Source of the DNA: the human T2T-CHM13v2.0 reference genome, Homo sapiens
Assembly: GCF_009914755.1 (NCBI RefSeq)
Contig: NC_060925.1
Reading direction: 5' to 3' (one strand)
DNA: 64,000 bases
Under the pieces are notes generated by a model. The model ran no database searches. It saw only the letters and a list, made by a program, of their open reading frames with translations, and was not told where the DNA came from. The stretch's first letter is position 1, and every line of letters begins with the position of its first letter. Below are positions 47,263-60,518 of this stretch, in pieces. Both the position numbers and the translations under genes were made by a program.

Positions 47263-47674
47263 CCCTCCAACCCTCTGCCACTCACACTCACCACACCAAG
47301 CCAGACTCCCCTCCCCACTTTGCCTTTGCTGCTCCCTCTGCCTGGGATCCCCTTCCCTGCCCCTCCCTTCTGTCCTTGTCTTGGCTCACCTGTCATCATC
47401 CCTGAAAACTGAGCCTGACCCTGGACTTTCTCCTTAAGGCTCCCAGAGCAACCTGGGCTTCCTCCCCGATAGCACTAACTATGGGGTGCTGTCACTGCCT
47501 GCTTCCAGCCCCACCCCTACAGCCCACTGGACTGTGAGCTCACTGACAGTAGACTGTCTTCTACTTTGGAAATCCCAGCACGTAACCTTAAGCCAGGCAC
47601 ACAGAAAACATTCAATAAAGATTTATCCAGGGCATGGCTATTGAATTTTTGTCAGGTGTAGGGGTGCATAATGG
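47263..47674 (+). repeat. Local duplicate (copy B / likely donor), L2-derived 3' part
   Basis: Aligns with 44131-44501 + 44812-44857; has a single AAAGATTTATC at the Alu site. Confidence 0.9.
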
Positions 47675-50600
47675 AAAACAAGATGGAAGCAGAAGGTGGG
47701 GACCAACACGAAGAAGGCCCTGGCATCAGTCAAGGGTGCTAGCATTTACTCTGTGGGTGTGTGGAGCCACTGTCAGCACTAGGTAAGGCCACAGCAGGGA
47801 GGACAATGCCCACTGGTAGGACTGCTATGCCACATGAGGGCTAGAGCAGAGCAAGGTCAGACCAAGAGCGAGGAAGGCCTGACAGGTGCCCCAGCATCCT
47901 GTATGCATGCAGGTCTCTGCAGCCTTTGGAGAGCCTAGACAAGCACCCCGAGTTCTGCTAGTACCTGGGTTAAATTGACAGAGTGAGTTCTGACCTGCAG
48001 CTATGGCATCCTGCCAGAACCCATGACCTCACCCAAGTGCAGAGGGCCCATGACAAGCATGTGACACAGCAGTCAGCACTGGGACAGGCCACAGTGGGAT
48101 GAAAGGGTGGAGCTTAGCTTAGAAATAGGGGAGGGAAAAGGTTACTTCCAGCAGAGAGAATGATCTGGATTCGTAAAATCCATTCATTCACTCATGCATT
48201 CATCCATTCAACAAAGCTTTATTGAGCACCTAGTATATATGGGTTCCATGGGAGATAAAAGCTATCTCTACTCTCATAGTTCAGTAAGAAGAAGGGTAAG
48301 AAATGTACATAAACACAAGAGAGACACAGAGACCAAGAACCATGGGGCCAGAGGAGAGAGGAAGCATTCCTGTTGAGAGTAAGGGGGAATGTTTCCCGAG
48401 GAGGGGACATTTCAGACGGGCCCTAAAGATGAGTACAAGGAGATTCCAACAAGAAGACATGGGAGGGGCAAGCAGGGATGGCAGGAGACCTTGAGCTCCT
48501 GGGGGTGGGAACCATGGCAATCTGGTTCCTAATTGTCCCTGGTCCCCATGTGGTGATCCGTGAGCATTTGTCTTGTTTGTTGAATGAGACAATGACTGTT
48601 TCCTGGTCCCGCCTTCGCTCTTCACCGGATCCACCACTGATTACCCAAATTTCTCCCTCTGCAGCACTTAGTCTCCTGAGCTCTGTTCCTTCTGCCAAAC
48701 CCACATCTTGGACCTCAAAGGCAAAATATCCATTTCTCTGACCCCACAGACCCTCTCCTCATATCCTTGATCTCACCCCTGCCTATCCCCAGGACCCTGC
48801 TCCTTCAGTGGCCTTGTCTCTCCATCTGCTTAGCTTCTCCCTCTGTGGGCTCCTTCCCTTTCGCTGGTAAACCTGTATAAGTGTCTGGCACTCCCCCAAG
48901 CCCTCACTTCCTAATGAGATGCTGCATTTCCTAAGGACAAGTCCAGGCAGCACCAGATGTGCCTCTTCACGGACCCCATCAGACAGTGCCCTATGCTTGG
49001 AAAACATTCATTGAATGGATGGATCCAATCCTGTCATCTCCTAGCATCCTCAGTGGTTCTCAATGTAAAGTCAAATGTCACGTGTATGACCTACAGATGC
49101 CCAATGAATGGGATTGGTCTGGCCTGTCTCTCACTTCCTCTAGTCTTCCTCCCCAGCTCCAATCATTCCTGAGTAATTATACTACCCAGAACCCACTACA
49201 CTGCCCTCGCCTCTCCTGAGTTTGTGCATGCTGTTCCCTCTCTCTGGAATGAATGCTCCTTCCCTACTTCTGTGCCACGTGCACTTTTGCTCTCAATGCA
49301 GCTCAAGGGTCTCCTCCTCCCATGAGACTGTGAGCTTCCTGGGAGTAAAACATGGTCCTAGTTAATAACTTTAGCCCTAGTGCCTAGGTAGGTGCTCAAT
49401 AGATGTTCATTAAGTAAGCAAATTAAGGAATGTAGGGAGAAGTGCTAGTGATTCCAGAGGCATACGCTCAATTTTCCTCTTGAGTCCTGGCTCCCACCTG
49501 CAAAAAGGGGTGAAATTGCTTAGGGGCATGGAGTGTCCAAGAAGACATGAACCCATAGTCTGGTTTCCTCCAAACTCAGCTCTAGGAAGATTCTTCTTTT
49601 AAGCTGGCTTAAAGAATTAGGCGTGTGCTCAATGATTTTCTTTTAATTCAAGGCAGAACTGGAGTATGACTTCTATTGTCATGTTCTAAAAATATATCTT
49701 CTATGGTTCTCTGCTTTCTTTGCAGTAAAATAGCCTTGGCATGACCCTGTTTTTGCATAACTGAAGACACAATTTAATGAAATAGCACTTTATGAGCTTT
49801 AAGGGAAGCAAATATCTGACCTAATCAGGGGTGAAAGAAGGGGAGAGAGACTCTATGCCAGGCTGTTCCATCTCTGTTAGGAAAGGCCCAGGGCCAGGCA
49901 GTTCCCAGCTTTTCAAGGAATGTTGGCACAGGAGTCCAGGATCAATTATCCTCAATCAATCAGCAAATATTTATTGAGTGAGTACAGCATGGGGGGCTAT
50001 AGCTGTGGAAAATAAGATGCATGTGAACCTGGTTTGCTTTCTATGGTGAGCTCCTTCTGGTCATATCGTTCCTATTACTTCTATGAATAATTGTAGCTAG
50101 TAGTCACTGGGCACCCACTCTGCAACATGGGCCTGGTTATATACTATGTTGACTTCTTGTAACACTCTGAGACAGGTAGTATGACTTCCACTTAGTAGAT
50201 GAGGAAATTGAGGATCATAAAACTTCCACACTGCCCCAGGTCACAAAGCTAGAAAGTAGCGGATCTGAGATCTGAATGTAGATCTGATTTCAACCCCAAA
50301 GTCCTTTACTAATGATAGCCAACATCACATGAGTCTTCTAAGATTACAGAGCATTTTCCAGTAAATTTCTAATTTGATTCTGTCACTACTCATGGGAGGC
50401 CAAAATTATGATAATTCCCATTTTACAGAGAAGAGAACTGAGGCTTGGAGGATTCAAACAACTTGCCAAAGGTCCCTGTTGGTAAATGGTATATCCAAAA
50501 AAGATCTGAGCTGAAGCCAAATCCTGCATTCCTTCTACACCTTGGCAAGGACTGGATCATCGCTTCTAGCAAACAGCTGGACACTGACAGGGAGAATTCT

Positions 50601-51235
50601 CACCTAACAGCCCCAGAGAGCACCCTGGTGCCAAGCCATGGACGGCCCTGCCTGGACTCTGCCCCAGAAGCCTGCCCATGGAGGACAGAAGAGGAGGCTG
50701 CTCCAGGCCAAGTGACCAGCTGCTCTGGGGACTCGCAGCCCAGCACTGGGAGCTGGCAGGGAGCAGGAGGGGCAGAGCGCTCTGCCTGGGCTCCAACAAA
50801 CAGGCTTTCTAGTGAATGGACCAATTGGCGGTTGTGGGTTATGTGGCCAATTGTGGTTAGGGGAAGGGAGGAGCTCCTGGAGGAACACTGTATTCCTGCT
50901 CCTGTCAGTGACTCCGAGAGAGTTCTGGACTAAGAGGTGGGAGCACAAGCCCTGCCCACTCCTCTGGGCTCCAGAATTAAGCCCCTGCCCCACATCCTCC
51001 TGGCCCCTGGAGCAGGGGTTCTCCCCATGACAGGATTCAGAAAGGGCTTTCCTGAGTGGAACCAGCCTTGGTCATATGCCACCCCACTCCCCGTCCCCCA
51101 CCCCCCACCACAATTCCCTGACTGAGGAGGCATTAGCACAGTCACTCTGGAGTCCCCCTTTAATGACATCTGAGGTGGCACTGACTGAACAACAAATGCA
51201 GTCCCCTCCTTGCTTCACCAGCCACTCAACAATGA

Positions 51236-51659
<424 letters not shown>

Positions 51660-53410
51660 GAGTAAGGCACCATTATTAACTTCATTTTACAGATGAGAAA
51701 ACTGAGGCACAAAAAGTTTAGGTACCCTACCCAGGGTCATGGAGCTATCAGGAGGAAGAGCTGGGATTTTAGCCCAAGCAGTTCGGTTACACAGCTAATG
51801 CTCTTACTCACCACACTGCACTCGTGAGGGCTGTGAGACTCTTCCTTCCCCCAGGGAGAAGTGCCCAGCAGCAGCCAATGGAAAGGGGACTTGCCTGCTG
51901 GCTGGAGGACCCCGGCCTGGGGCTCACGGCAGCCACAGAAATGAGTGAGTATTGCTGGTTGTAGTTGGAGTCACCAATGCCTTTCCTTCCTTCACATGGG
52001 GCAACCTTAGGAAGGTGTCCTCTCCCCACTTACTCTCCTGCTCTGGGCCTCCCCCATCTCTGCCCATCCTGGCCTCCATACAGAGCATCCAAGCATCACC
52101 TTGGACCTCCCAGTTAGCACTGGGCAAACCAACATAGAGAACCAAGACAAAGCACAACCTTAAATCATGTAAGTGGAATAGAGGAGTCTGTCTCTCTGGC
52201 TGTATCTAGGACCTGATTTCTTCTAATTCCCAATCTCTTCTCTACTCCAGGTTTCTGATTTCCTTCAAGTGACTTCTGAAGCCAAGCCACTCTGGGCCTT
52301 TGGGGCACTGGAACATTTCTTCATTGTCCTACTCACTGCCCCTTGATGTGTGTGTCCCTGGCAGTCTGTGAGGAGGGAGGCCATGTAATTCAACGAAGTG
52401 TGGGCAAGCACAGGCCAGGCATGCAGCAGGCACCAAAAATGTCTATTGTACTAATAGATGACTACAGACAGTGTAGGTTCTCACTTCCTGTTTCTAGGTA
52501 ATTCTCTGCCTCGTTTACTCTGAAGTCACACAGGGCCAGGATAGGAAGTGGGCTTGCTGTGATGCTTGTGCACCAGCTGACACATCATCCTTTTCGTGAT
52601 TCTCTTTTTCCGATGAAGGTTGGAAACTTTCATTCTAGAAGGGTCCTCAGCTGAGGGATTGTGACTTTAGGGAGGTAGAGAGGGCACTTGGGAAGCCAGA
52701 ATTCACTGTGGATAAATGTTTGTCAGTTTCTGGGTTAGATTTTTCAGTTCTGAGGAGTTCATGAGAGCAACCTAAGAATCAGTCCTGCTGAGGTTCAGGA
52801 GACAGTGCCGGGCCTGGCTGTGGCGGGAAGCTCCGGGAGAGGAAAGTGGACAGGCTGCTGATACAGTCTTGCATTGCAGCAGTGCTTGCCCTTCAGGGGT
52901 GACACAAGTCCTGAAGCCACCATGTATTTCTGTGGCTCTGGGACAAGGGGGACAGCTGACTTTCCCCCAGCCATAGGATGGGGTGGTCTCGACAAATATC
53001 AATAGTTCCAAAGTACCAAAGATTGGCTCTTGGTAGTTTGCCAAACACAAAGGCTTCACAGCAGCCCTAGGAAGCTGCTATTCCCATTTAATTGACAAGG
53101 GCATTCAGTCCAAAATCCTTCCCTGCTGGCTGCTTTACCACCCTTCACGCTGTCTCTCACCTTGAAAGTGGGAGAAGACATGACTGAAAGGGCAGGCTGC
53201 AGTGCAAATGACTATAGGTGCGTGGCTGGGAGATGGGATGCTCTGGCTCTGACGTCCTGCTCCCAAACCTGGTCAGCCAGGAGTCCTACATTCTGGCCCT
53301 TTCTGTAGCACTGGGACAAGAAAGCAGCATTTTCTCTGCAGCCCCAGCTTCCAAGGCAGCTGCTGTCCACCCCCAGTCTACTTTCTAAAGAGCCACAGAG
53401 CCACTTAGGT

Positions 53411-53643
53411 GGAAGAAAGAGAGAAAGGTGGGAAGGAAGGAGAAAAGGAAGGGAGAAAGGAAGAGAGAAGGAATAGAAAAAAGAAAGAAAAGGAAAGAGA
53501 AAGAAATGAAGAATGAAAGGGAGAACAAAAGAAAGAAAAGGAAAGTATGAAAGAAAAAAGAAGAAAGGGAGGGGGAAGGGAGGAATGCATGAATAAGGGG
53601 AGAAAGAAAGAAAAAAGAAAAGAAAGAGAAAGGAAGAAAGCAA
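53411..53643 (+). repeat. GA-rich polypurine low-complexity tract
   Basis: About 230 bp almost entirely A/G. Confidence 0.9.
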
Positions 53644-56439
53644 GCTCTTTATGATAGAAGGCCATTCCCTAGAAAAGATCTCAAGGGGAAACTGGCTGTC
53701 AAATAGTTTCAAGGAAATGACATTTGGACAACCAGCAAATGAGGGTTTCCTCCCACTTCCTGCCATCCATCTCCATTTCCCTCTGTTCAATCTCTCTTCT
53801 CCCTCCAGTGGTTCATTCCTCTGGCAAATAGCATCTCTCCTATGCTCCCTTTTACTCTCCTCTGGGGTCAGCTGAGCACTGCTTTCTTGATGATGCTACG
53901 TTAGGAAATTATCAAAACCCCAAATCTCAGTTGCTTCCAATTCCCCTATACCTGTCCCAGAAACTGGCCTGGGACATGACTTCACTGGTAGCAGGGAGGC
54001 TAGCAGCTAAGCTGTCCAGGGTAAGCATGCAGAGCTGAGTCCTCTTACTCCAGGACTCACTCTGGAGGTCCTGACCCTCAACTCTTCATTCATGTGTGAC
54101 TCTGGAGGAGGAGGCTTATGCTGTCTGGGTCTCCATTTTTTCATCTGAGGCAACATGGGATGGAAAATCTATTTCTGTGGTACCAGCACTCCTTGCCGAT
54201 GGATGGGTACAAACAGCTTGCATGGATGTGAAGAGCTAAGACACCACGTGCAGACGGACACCATCCTGCTGGCTTGGCCCTAAGACTGCAGGCAGAACCT
54301 GCCAGCCACAAGTCTCCCAGCCAGCCAGGCAGACGCAGTGGGGCTGGGGGGCTTGCGGAGGGTGGAGAGAAGAACATCAGCTCCAGGGCAGGAGAAAGTG
54401 GAGGAGACTCAGGTGAGTCACTTCAGGCTAGCCATCAGCTTTTCCAGCCTCAATTTCCCTGTGTCTGGTGACAAAAACTGTCCACATCAAGCAGATCCAC
54501 AATCCCTCCTTTTAAGGTAACAGAGAAGAGACAGCTGCAAGTCCCACTGTGGAGTCATGGTTATCAAGGACCTTGCTCATCCCTCTGCAACTCCGTGAAG
54601 GCAGAGCCTCCCAGAGCCCCACAGTCTACATGCCCAAAGAGCTTTCATAACTGAACCCCTACTCTGTGTTGTGCATGGCCCTAGGGACTCCCATATGTCA
54701 GCCCGTTTGACCTCATGACAACTCCTTTGGGGAAAGTCTTAAAATTGCCACTGTACAAATGAGGAAAGAGAGGCCCAAAAGGCTAAGGGGTTACACAGCA
54801 AAGTTACACAGCAAATGAATGGCAGAGCTGGGACAAAAATCTGGCCTTGGGACTCCCAAGTCCACTGCACCATTGTGGTGTCATTGCTTTAGAACCCATG
54901 TGAGTGAACAGATAATAATAACAATAGCACTTACTGTCTTCAGGCCCTGTGCTAAATACTTCACAGGCCTTATCTCATTCAATACTCATAACACCTTGGT
55001 CAGAGAGAGAAATTAACATCTCTATTTTATAGACATGGGAACTGAGAGAAGTTTGTCCAATGTCACACAGCAAATGACTTGGCAGAGCTACCAAGGTCAA
55101 ATCACTTGTAAGTAGTGGAGTCAGGTTCAAACCAGGGTATGTAAAGAACTCCAGTGCGGGGAATGAGGACCTCAGGCCTTGCACCAACGTGGAGAATGAT
55201 TACGCTCCTCCAGAAGCTGAGCAAAGTCCAAATGCCAGCCTCAGTGAACCTGGGCCAGGGCTGGGTTGGTGAAGGAAGGAGCAAGTAAAACTGGACCCCT
55301 TTCTCAACAAGTCTGTTGGTTTATCTTTCTCAGGTTACTTCCTCTAACCTTTTATCAGTCTTAAGAACTGTGGTGTCAACATGTTATCTGAAATCATTAT
55401 TGTACAGTGACCATGTCATTGTTGTATCCCCAGGGCCCAGCACGGTGCCTAGCATCTGGTAGCACATATTTGTCAAAAGAACAAAGTATTCTCTAATGGC
55501 ATCATTCAACTCAGCCATCATTAACTTGGTACCTATTATGTGCTAGGTACCATTGATCCAGAGGTGACTGAGCATGGGTGCCACCTGGAAGAAGTCTCGG
55601 TCTAGGGTGGGGACAGAATGTAACCATCGGTACCACCTTAAACACTTCGAAAAGTACTGTGGAGAATGAATGGATGGCAAATGACTTATCAGAGCCAGCA
55701 TTGAGGAATGAGCCAAGTCCAATGGGAACACAGGAAAAGGACCCTTTGCTCTGCCAGGAGAGTCACAGAAGGCTTTGCTGGTGGAGGATGAGATGCAATT
55801 TCAGCCTGAAATGATGAGGAGTTTGTCTTCAGCCATGTGGAGAAAGGAGCATTCCAGGCAGAGGGACCAGTCTGAGCAAAGGCATTCGGGTGTAAAATTA
55901 TTGCCTAGGATTGGAGTGAAGGATATGTAGCGCTACTGACAAGAGACTCCTCTTCAAGAGCAGGCCACATATCCTTTATTTCCCAGGGGGTGGAAACGGG
56001 CAACCTCACAGAGGAATTGAATCATAATGAATTGAAGAAAGAAAAATCTCCTGAAGTTGGCATTATAATTAATAGGCTTAGGCTCATCCTACTAGTCCTC
56101 ACTTAGACTCATTCTCATGTAGAAACAAAACGTGATTAATCACCTCAGTAAGTGCAATTTCCAAAAACATCCAGGGAAATCTAGGGTCCAGGTGCAGGAC
56201 CTTTCCAATCTGAGTTGGATTTTGCCTCCAGGAGAGAGCATGGGTACCAGCCAGCATTTTCATCATCTAAGGGTCAGGTGCCTTGAAGTGTCTGCTGGCA
56301 CCCAGGGAAGAGCCCCCCAGCTTGCTGTCACAGGACACAGCTGCTCCCTTCCTGGCCAGGTAGCTGGCCTCCCTCCCAGAATGGGACTTGAAGCTGGCCG
56401 GGCTGCTTGGGGGCTGCAGAGGAAGAAGGGGGCTGCCGG

Positions 56440-57020
56440 CAAACCTGCTGACTCAGGCTCCACGAGGGAGCAAGTAACACTGGACTCCTTTCGGCACTCC
56501 GAGAATGGGGTGGGGGCGTCTTCAAAGGATTTCCCTCCCTTCCCAGTGCTTGTCCCTGCTCTCGGTCCGTTTTCTGCTAAGATTTGGGGATTTTCAGGCC
56601 TGGAGGGAAAGTCCCTTGGGACGATCATAGAGCGCTAGCACTGAATCAGCCTGGAGAGCGCGGAAGGAAAGGGTCGGTCCGCAGAGGGCGCGGGGAAGGC
56701 AGGGTGGGGACGCGGTGGAGCCCGCGCTCGTTTGCTGAAGGCTTGGAAGTGCAGCGCAGAAGACAGAGGGTGACTAGGAAGACGCGCGAGCGGGGCTGGC
56801 CGGCCGGCGGGTGGGGGAGGGGAGGCGGGGGAAGGCGGCTGAGTGGGCCTCTGGAGTGTGTGTGTCTGTGTCAGTGTGTGTGTGTGTGTGTGTATGTGTG
56901 TGTCTGGCGCCTGGCCAGGGTGATTTCCCATAAACCACATGCCCCCCAGTCCTCTCTTAAAAGGCTGTGCCGAGGGCTGGCCAGTGAGGCTCGGCCCGGG
57001 GAAAGTGAAAGTTTGCCTGG
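56440..57020 (+). promoter_or_regulatory. CSF1: CSF1 proximal promoter
   Basis: AP-1 TGACTCA 56449-55; kB sites GGGGATTTTC 56586-95 and GGAAAGTCCC 56606-15; G-rich Sp/Egr block 56808-37; RUNX AAACCACA 56932-39; TATA-like TTAAAA 56957-62; probable TSS ~56983; IRF-type GAAAGTGAAAGT 57001-12. Confidence 0.88.
56857..56903. repeat. Interrupted (TG)n in the CSF1 promoter
   Basis: GTGTGTGTGTCTGTGTCAGTGTGTG...TATGTGTGTGT. Confidence 0.9.
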
Positions 57021-57102
57021 GTCCTCTCGGCGCCAGAGCCGCTCTCCGCATCCCAGGACAGCGGTGCGGCCCTCGGCCGGGGCGCCCACTCCGCAGCAGC
57101 CA

Positions 57103-57122
57103 GCGAGCGAGCGAGCGAGCGA
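57103..57122 (+). repeat. (GCGA)5 in the CSF1 5'UTR
   Basis: CAGCGAGCGAGCGAGCGAGCGAG. Confidence 0.9.
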
Positions 57123-57160
57123 GGGCGGCCGACGCGCCCGGCCGGGACCCAGCTGCCCGT

Positions 57161-57199
57161 ATGACCGCGCCGGGCGCCGCCGGGCGCTGCCCTCCCACG
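57161..57199 (+). CDS. CSF1: CSF1 coding exon 1 (MTAPGAAGRCPPT, signal peptide start)
   Basis: ATG at 57161; donor ACG|GTAAGC at 57200; matches the M-CSF N-terminus. Confidence 0.97.
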
Positions 57200-60100
57200 G
57201 TAAGCGACGGCCGCGGCGCTGGGCCCGGGACGGGCTGGGGCGGGGGCTCGGCGGCCAGGCGGCCGGGAGCGGCCCCTCGGAGCCGACAGCCTGGGCGCGC
57301 CGGCTGCACTGGCCCGGCGTTCCCGCCGCGGACGAACCACCTTTGCGCACGGACTGGGCCCTGGCGCCAGGGCGGAGGCCGGTGGCGGCCCTGCAGCTGC
57401 ACCGGGACTGCCAGGCTTCCCTGGGAAACGGAGGGCTGCTCACCCCATTGCACGGAGGGGAACACTGAGCCACCTGCAGGCAGGAGCCCCCGCTCAGCCA
57501 GGGTGCCCTGCCTCTCTCCCTACCCGCCACCACCAAGGCACGGGCGGAGTGGCTGTGCGCTGAGTGTGTGCCCTCCCCGGTGGGCACCTTCCTCATCGGC
57601 CACACACGTGCTTCCAAGGCCCTGCTGAGGAGTGGGCGCTTCTGGGCAGGGAAAGTTCAGGGGGTCAACCAGCTTATAGAACGCCAGGGACTTGCTGGCA
57701 GAGGGACGGAGAGGGGCAAGCCACTGCTTGTTCCAGCCCACAGGCAGGAGCTACGGAGGACTTGGGTGGCTGTTTGGGGGGTGGGGTGGGGGACGGCAAC
57801 AGCCGGCAAACAGCCCCCCACCCCCGGGGCTGCTTGGGGCTAGCTCAGAATCTCTTTTTCTTGCAAATTCTGGTTTCATCGGTTGGGGAGATTCTGGGCT
57901 TTGTGGTGGTTTATGGTGGTTTGCAGTGCTTGAGGAAAATGGAAAGAGGGTTTGGTGTTGCAGAGCTGTGTCCAGGGGCAGGGTCTGCTCCTGACTGCGT
58001 AAGGGACGCCCTGCCCCAACTGTGGCGGTAGCAGATGCAGCCATAGAAAGTGAGGGTGGCACTGTTCATGACCAGTCAGTGGGCTCATAATAGATTTGCT
58101 TCTGAGGAGTCCTGGAAGAAAATGAGAGGGGAAACCTGGGGGGAAAAGAGCAGAAAATTATTTGGGGGTAGAGGAGAGCGGGCTGCAGGTGAGGTGAGAG
58201 AGAAAGGGAAGAGTGGGTCCACAGAAAGAAAGTGCCTCACTGAGAGAGAGGAGATAGAGTTGAGAGGGGAAGGGAGAAGGGTTAGCCATAGGCAGAAAGC
58301 AAAGCTTCGGGGCTGAAGGGGAGACCATGAGGAAAGAAGAGAAAGACAAGGGGGCTGTGTTTAGACAGGGGAAGTCCAAGGGCCCGGTTCTGCCAGGTCT
58401 CTCCAGAGGCCTTGTTGAGGGGGAAGATGAAATGGAATAGGATAGGTGGCAGAGGAGGCTGGACAGCTGGACTGAGGTGTCCTAGCATCTCTGAGCCTGC
58501 AGCAGAGATTCCTTCTGAGGGCTGCTCCCCAGGCAGAAGCCAGGGCTAGGGGTGGGAGGAAGAGGCAGTCAGAGGAGAGCCTGCCCAGCCAGATGCAAGC
58601 CAGAGTGTTAACCCCCCACTGTCTGTCCAGATCCTCCTGAGGCAGAATGGAGGCCCCAGGTCCAGGGGTATCCCCTTTGGCCAGCTTCGAAGTCAGCCTC
58701 TCATGTAGTGGCTGCACTTTCCCCACACTGATGCCTCAAATGTCATCAAAGCCAGACAGCCCTTGGGGTTAAGCATTGCTCCCACCTTGCTCTCCTCCAG
58801 GGAGGTTGTCTTCCTGAGCGGTCCCTTTCATCCATACCATTCACTCCAGACCTTGAGTGGCAGCCAGTCTGGGGTAGATACACCGTCTAGTGGCCCAGTT
58901 TCCTCCAATCATTCCTGAACCTAAGGTTTCTGAGTACCTGGGCCATTGTTCCCACCCAGGGCAACCTCCCCAACAGAGCCTGAAGTCCCCCCAGCCCCCG
59001 TGACTGCCGTCCCCCTCTTCCACACTTTCCCTCCCTCAGATCAGCCAGGATCCTCACAGTCCCTGTGCTGAGTGGTATGAAACTATCCTTTGGCTCTTCC
59101 TTCCATGGCTCCCACCCCTCTCCTGCCATCACCTTCTCCCCATCTTTCAAGGCCTCACTGAGGTCCCTGCTCTCTGCAGTCTCCCTGGTCACCCAGCCAG
59201 AGCTGCCTTCTCCTCCCCAGAAGAGCTGGCAAGCATTTGGGCTTTTGGTGATATGTAGATTAGCACATTGTTGTGGGCTGTTTCATAGCCTCGTTGTGTT
59301 TTTCCAGTGAGCAACTTATTTGCAGTATTTGTCTCAACATCTGGATTATTGAGGCAAAACCCAGAGTCCAGGATAGTGTCAACCTTCACCCTACCCTGCC
59401 AGCATTTCCCTGAATCTGGGGGCATCAGCCGCCAGGAGGCTTGGGAGCTCTCAGGAGGTGACCTCAAGCTGGAGAAAGAAAGCCCAAGAGTCTGTCTGCT
59501 TTTGGCTGAAGAAGGAGAGACCTAGGGCCAGGGGTAGGGATGAGGAGACCCCAGTGAAGAGAAGGAAGAGAGGAAGGAAGGGGAAAGACAGGGCATCAGG
59601 AGCCAGTCCCATCACTCTGGGGCTGAGCAACTACTGGGCCAGGTAGGTGCTGGGAGAGAAGAGGGGTCTCAGAAAACTTCTCTGCCATGATAAGAGGTGG
59701 CTGGCTGGAGGCAAAGCCTGATGGTGCTCAAATAGGCAGGTGCCAGGCAAGGGATGGCCCATTACTGGCACTGGTGCCTCTGATTAATCAGCTGGGCTCC
59801 TTTTGAAACACACACCCAGGGCTCCAAGATGTCTCTGGCAAGGGATGAGTTCCAGTGAAACTGAGTTTGATCCCACAGTTTTTCCAGTGGCAGAGCCAGA
59901 TCTGCATGGAACCAGGTGGGAGGAAATGCTGGGCCCAGGGGAGCTGTCTCTGGCTTGCCATCTGAAAGCCGGTGCATGAACATGAACTTGAGGGCAGTTC
60001 AAAAAGTGCTTGGCTCAGTGTTGATGTTGCAGAGACAGAAAAAAATGGGTAGATGCAAGTCCTGCTCTCGAGTTTCCTGTGTCATTAAAATTTAGGCTGG

Positions 60101-60395
60101 TAGGCACACCATCTGTGTCAGTATTAGTTCAATGTATAGTTAGGTTTGGCTGGCTTAATCTGGGAAGGCTTCTTGTAGAAGGTGACATCTGGGTTGTTTT
60201 CATGGGAGAACAAGGTTGTGCTGTGGCTGCTAGAAATCCTGGGAAAGCTGGATTTGAGGGATGCTGTATCCTGAGGTAAGGGGCAGAGCCTGTAGCATTG
60301 TAGATATGAGGCCTTTGTTTTTCTGCGTTGAGCAGGGCATGGGGATAACTGGGGAGAGTGAGACCTGGGGAGAAATGACACCCTCTCTGTCACAG

Positions 60396-60518
60396 ACATG
60401 GCTGGGCTCCCTGCTGTTGTTGGTCTGTCTCCTGGCGAGCAGGAGTATCACCGAGGAGGTGTCGGAGTACTGTAGCCACATGATTGGGAGTGGACACCTG
60501 CAGTCTCTGCAGCGGCTG
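60396..60518 (+). CDS. CSF1: CSF1 exon 2 (TWLGSLLLLVCLLASRSIT|EEVSEYCSHMIGSGHLQSLQRL)
   Basis: Acceptor TCACAG|, donor |GTGAGT; 123 nt; signal peptide core and mature N-terminus EEVSEYC. Confidence 0.98.

Larger units (their letters stand above)
56620..57640. promoter_or_regulatory. CSF1: CpG island over CSF1 promoter, exon 1 and start of intron 1
   Basis: Very high GC and dense CpG compared with the CpG-depleted flanks; boundaries approximate. Confidence 0.9.

Noticed and set aside
53212-53790. 192-aa Phe/Leu/Ser-rich 'membrane protein' ORF
   Set aside because: Translation of the CT-rich strand of the polypurine tract.
56584-57628. Overlapping 229-294 aa ORFs on both strands at the CSF1 5' end
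   Set aside because: Stop-poor GC-rich CpG-island artefacts with low-complexity R/P/G/A composition; only 57161-57199 is coding.
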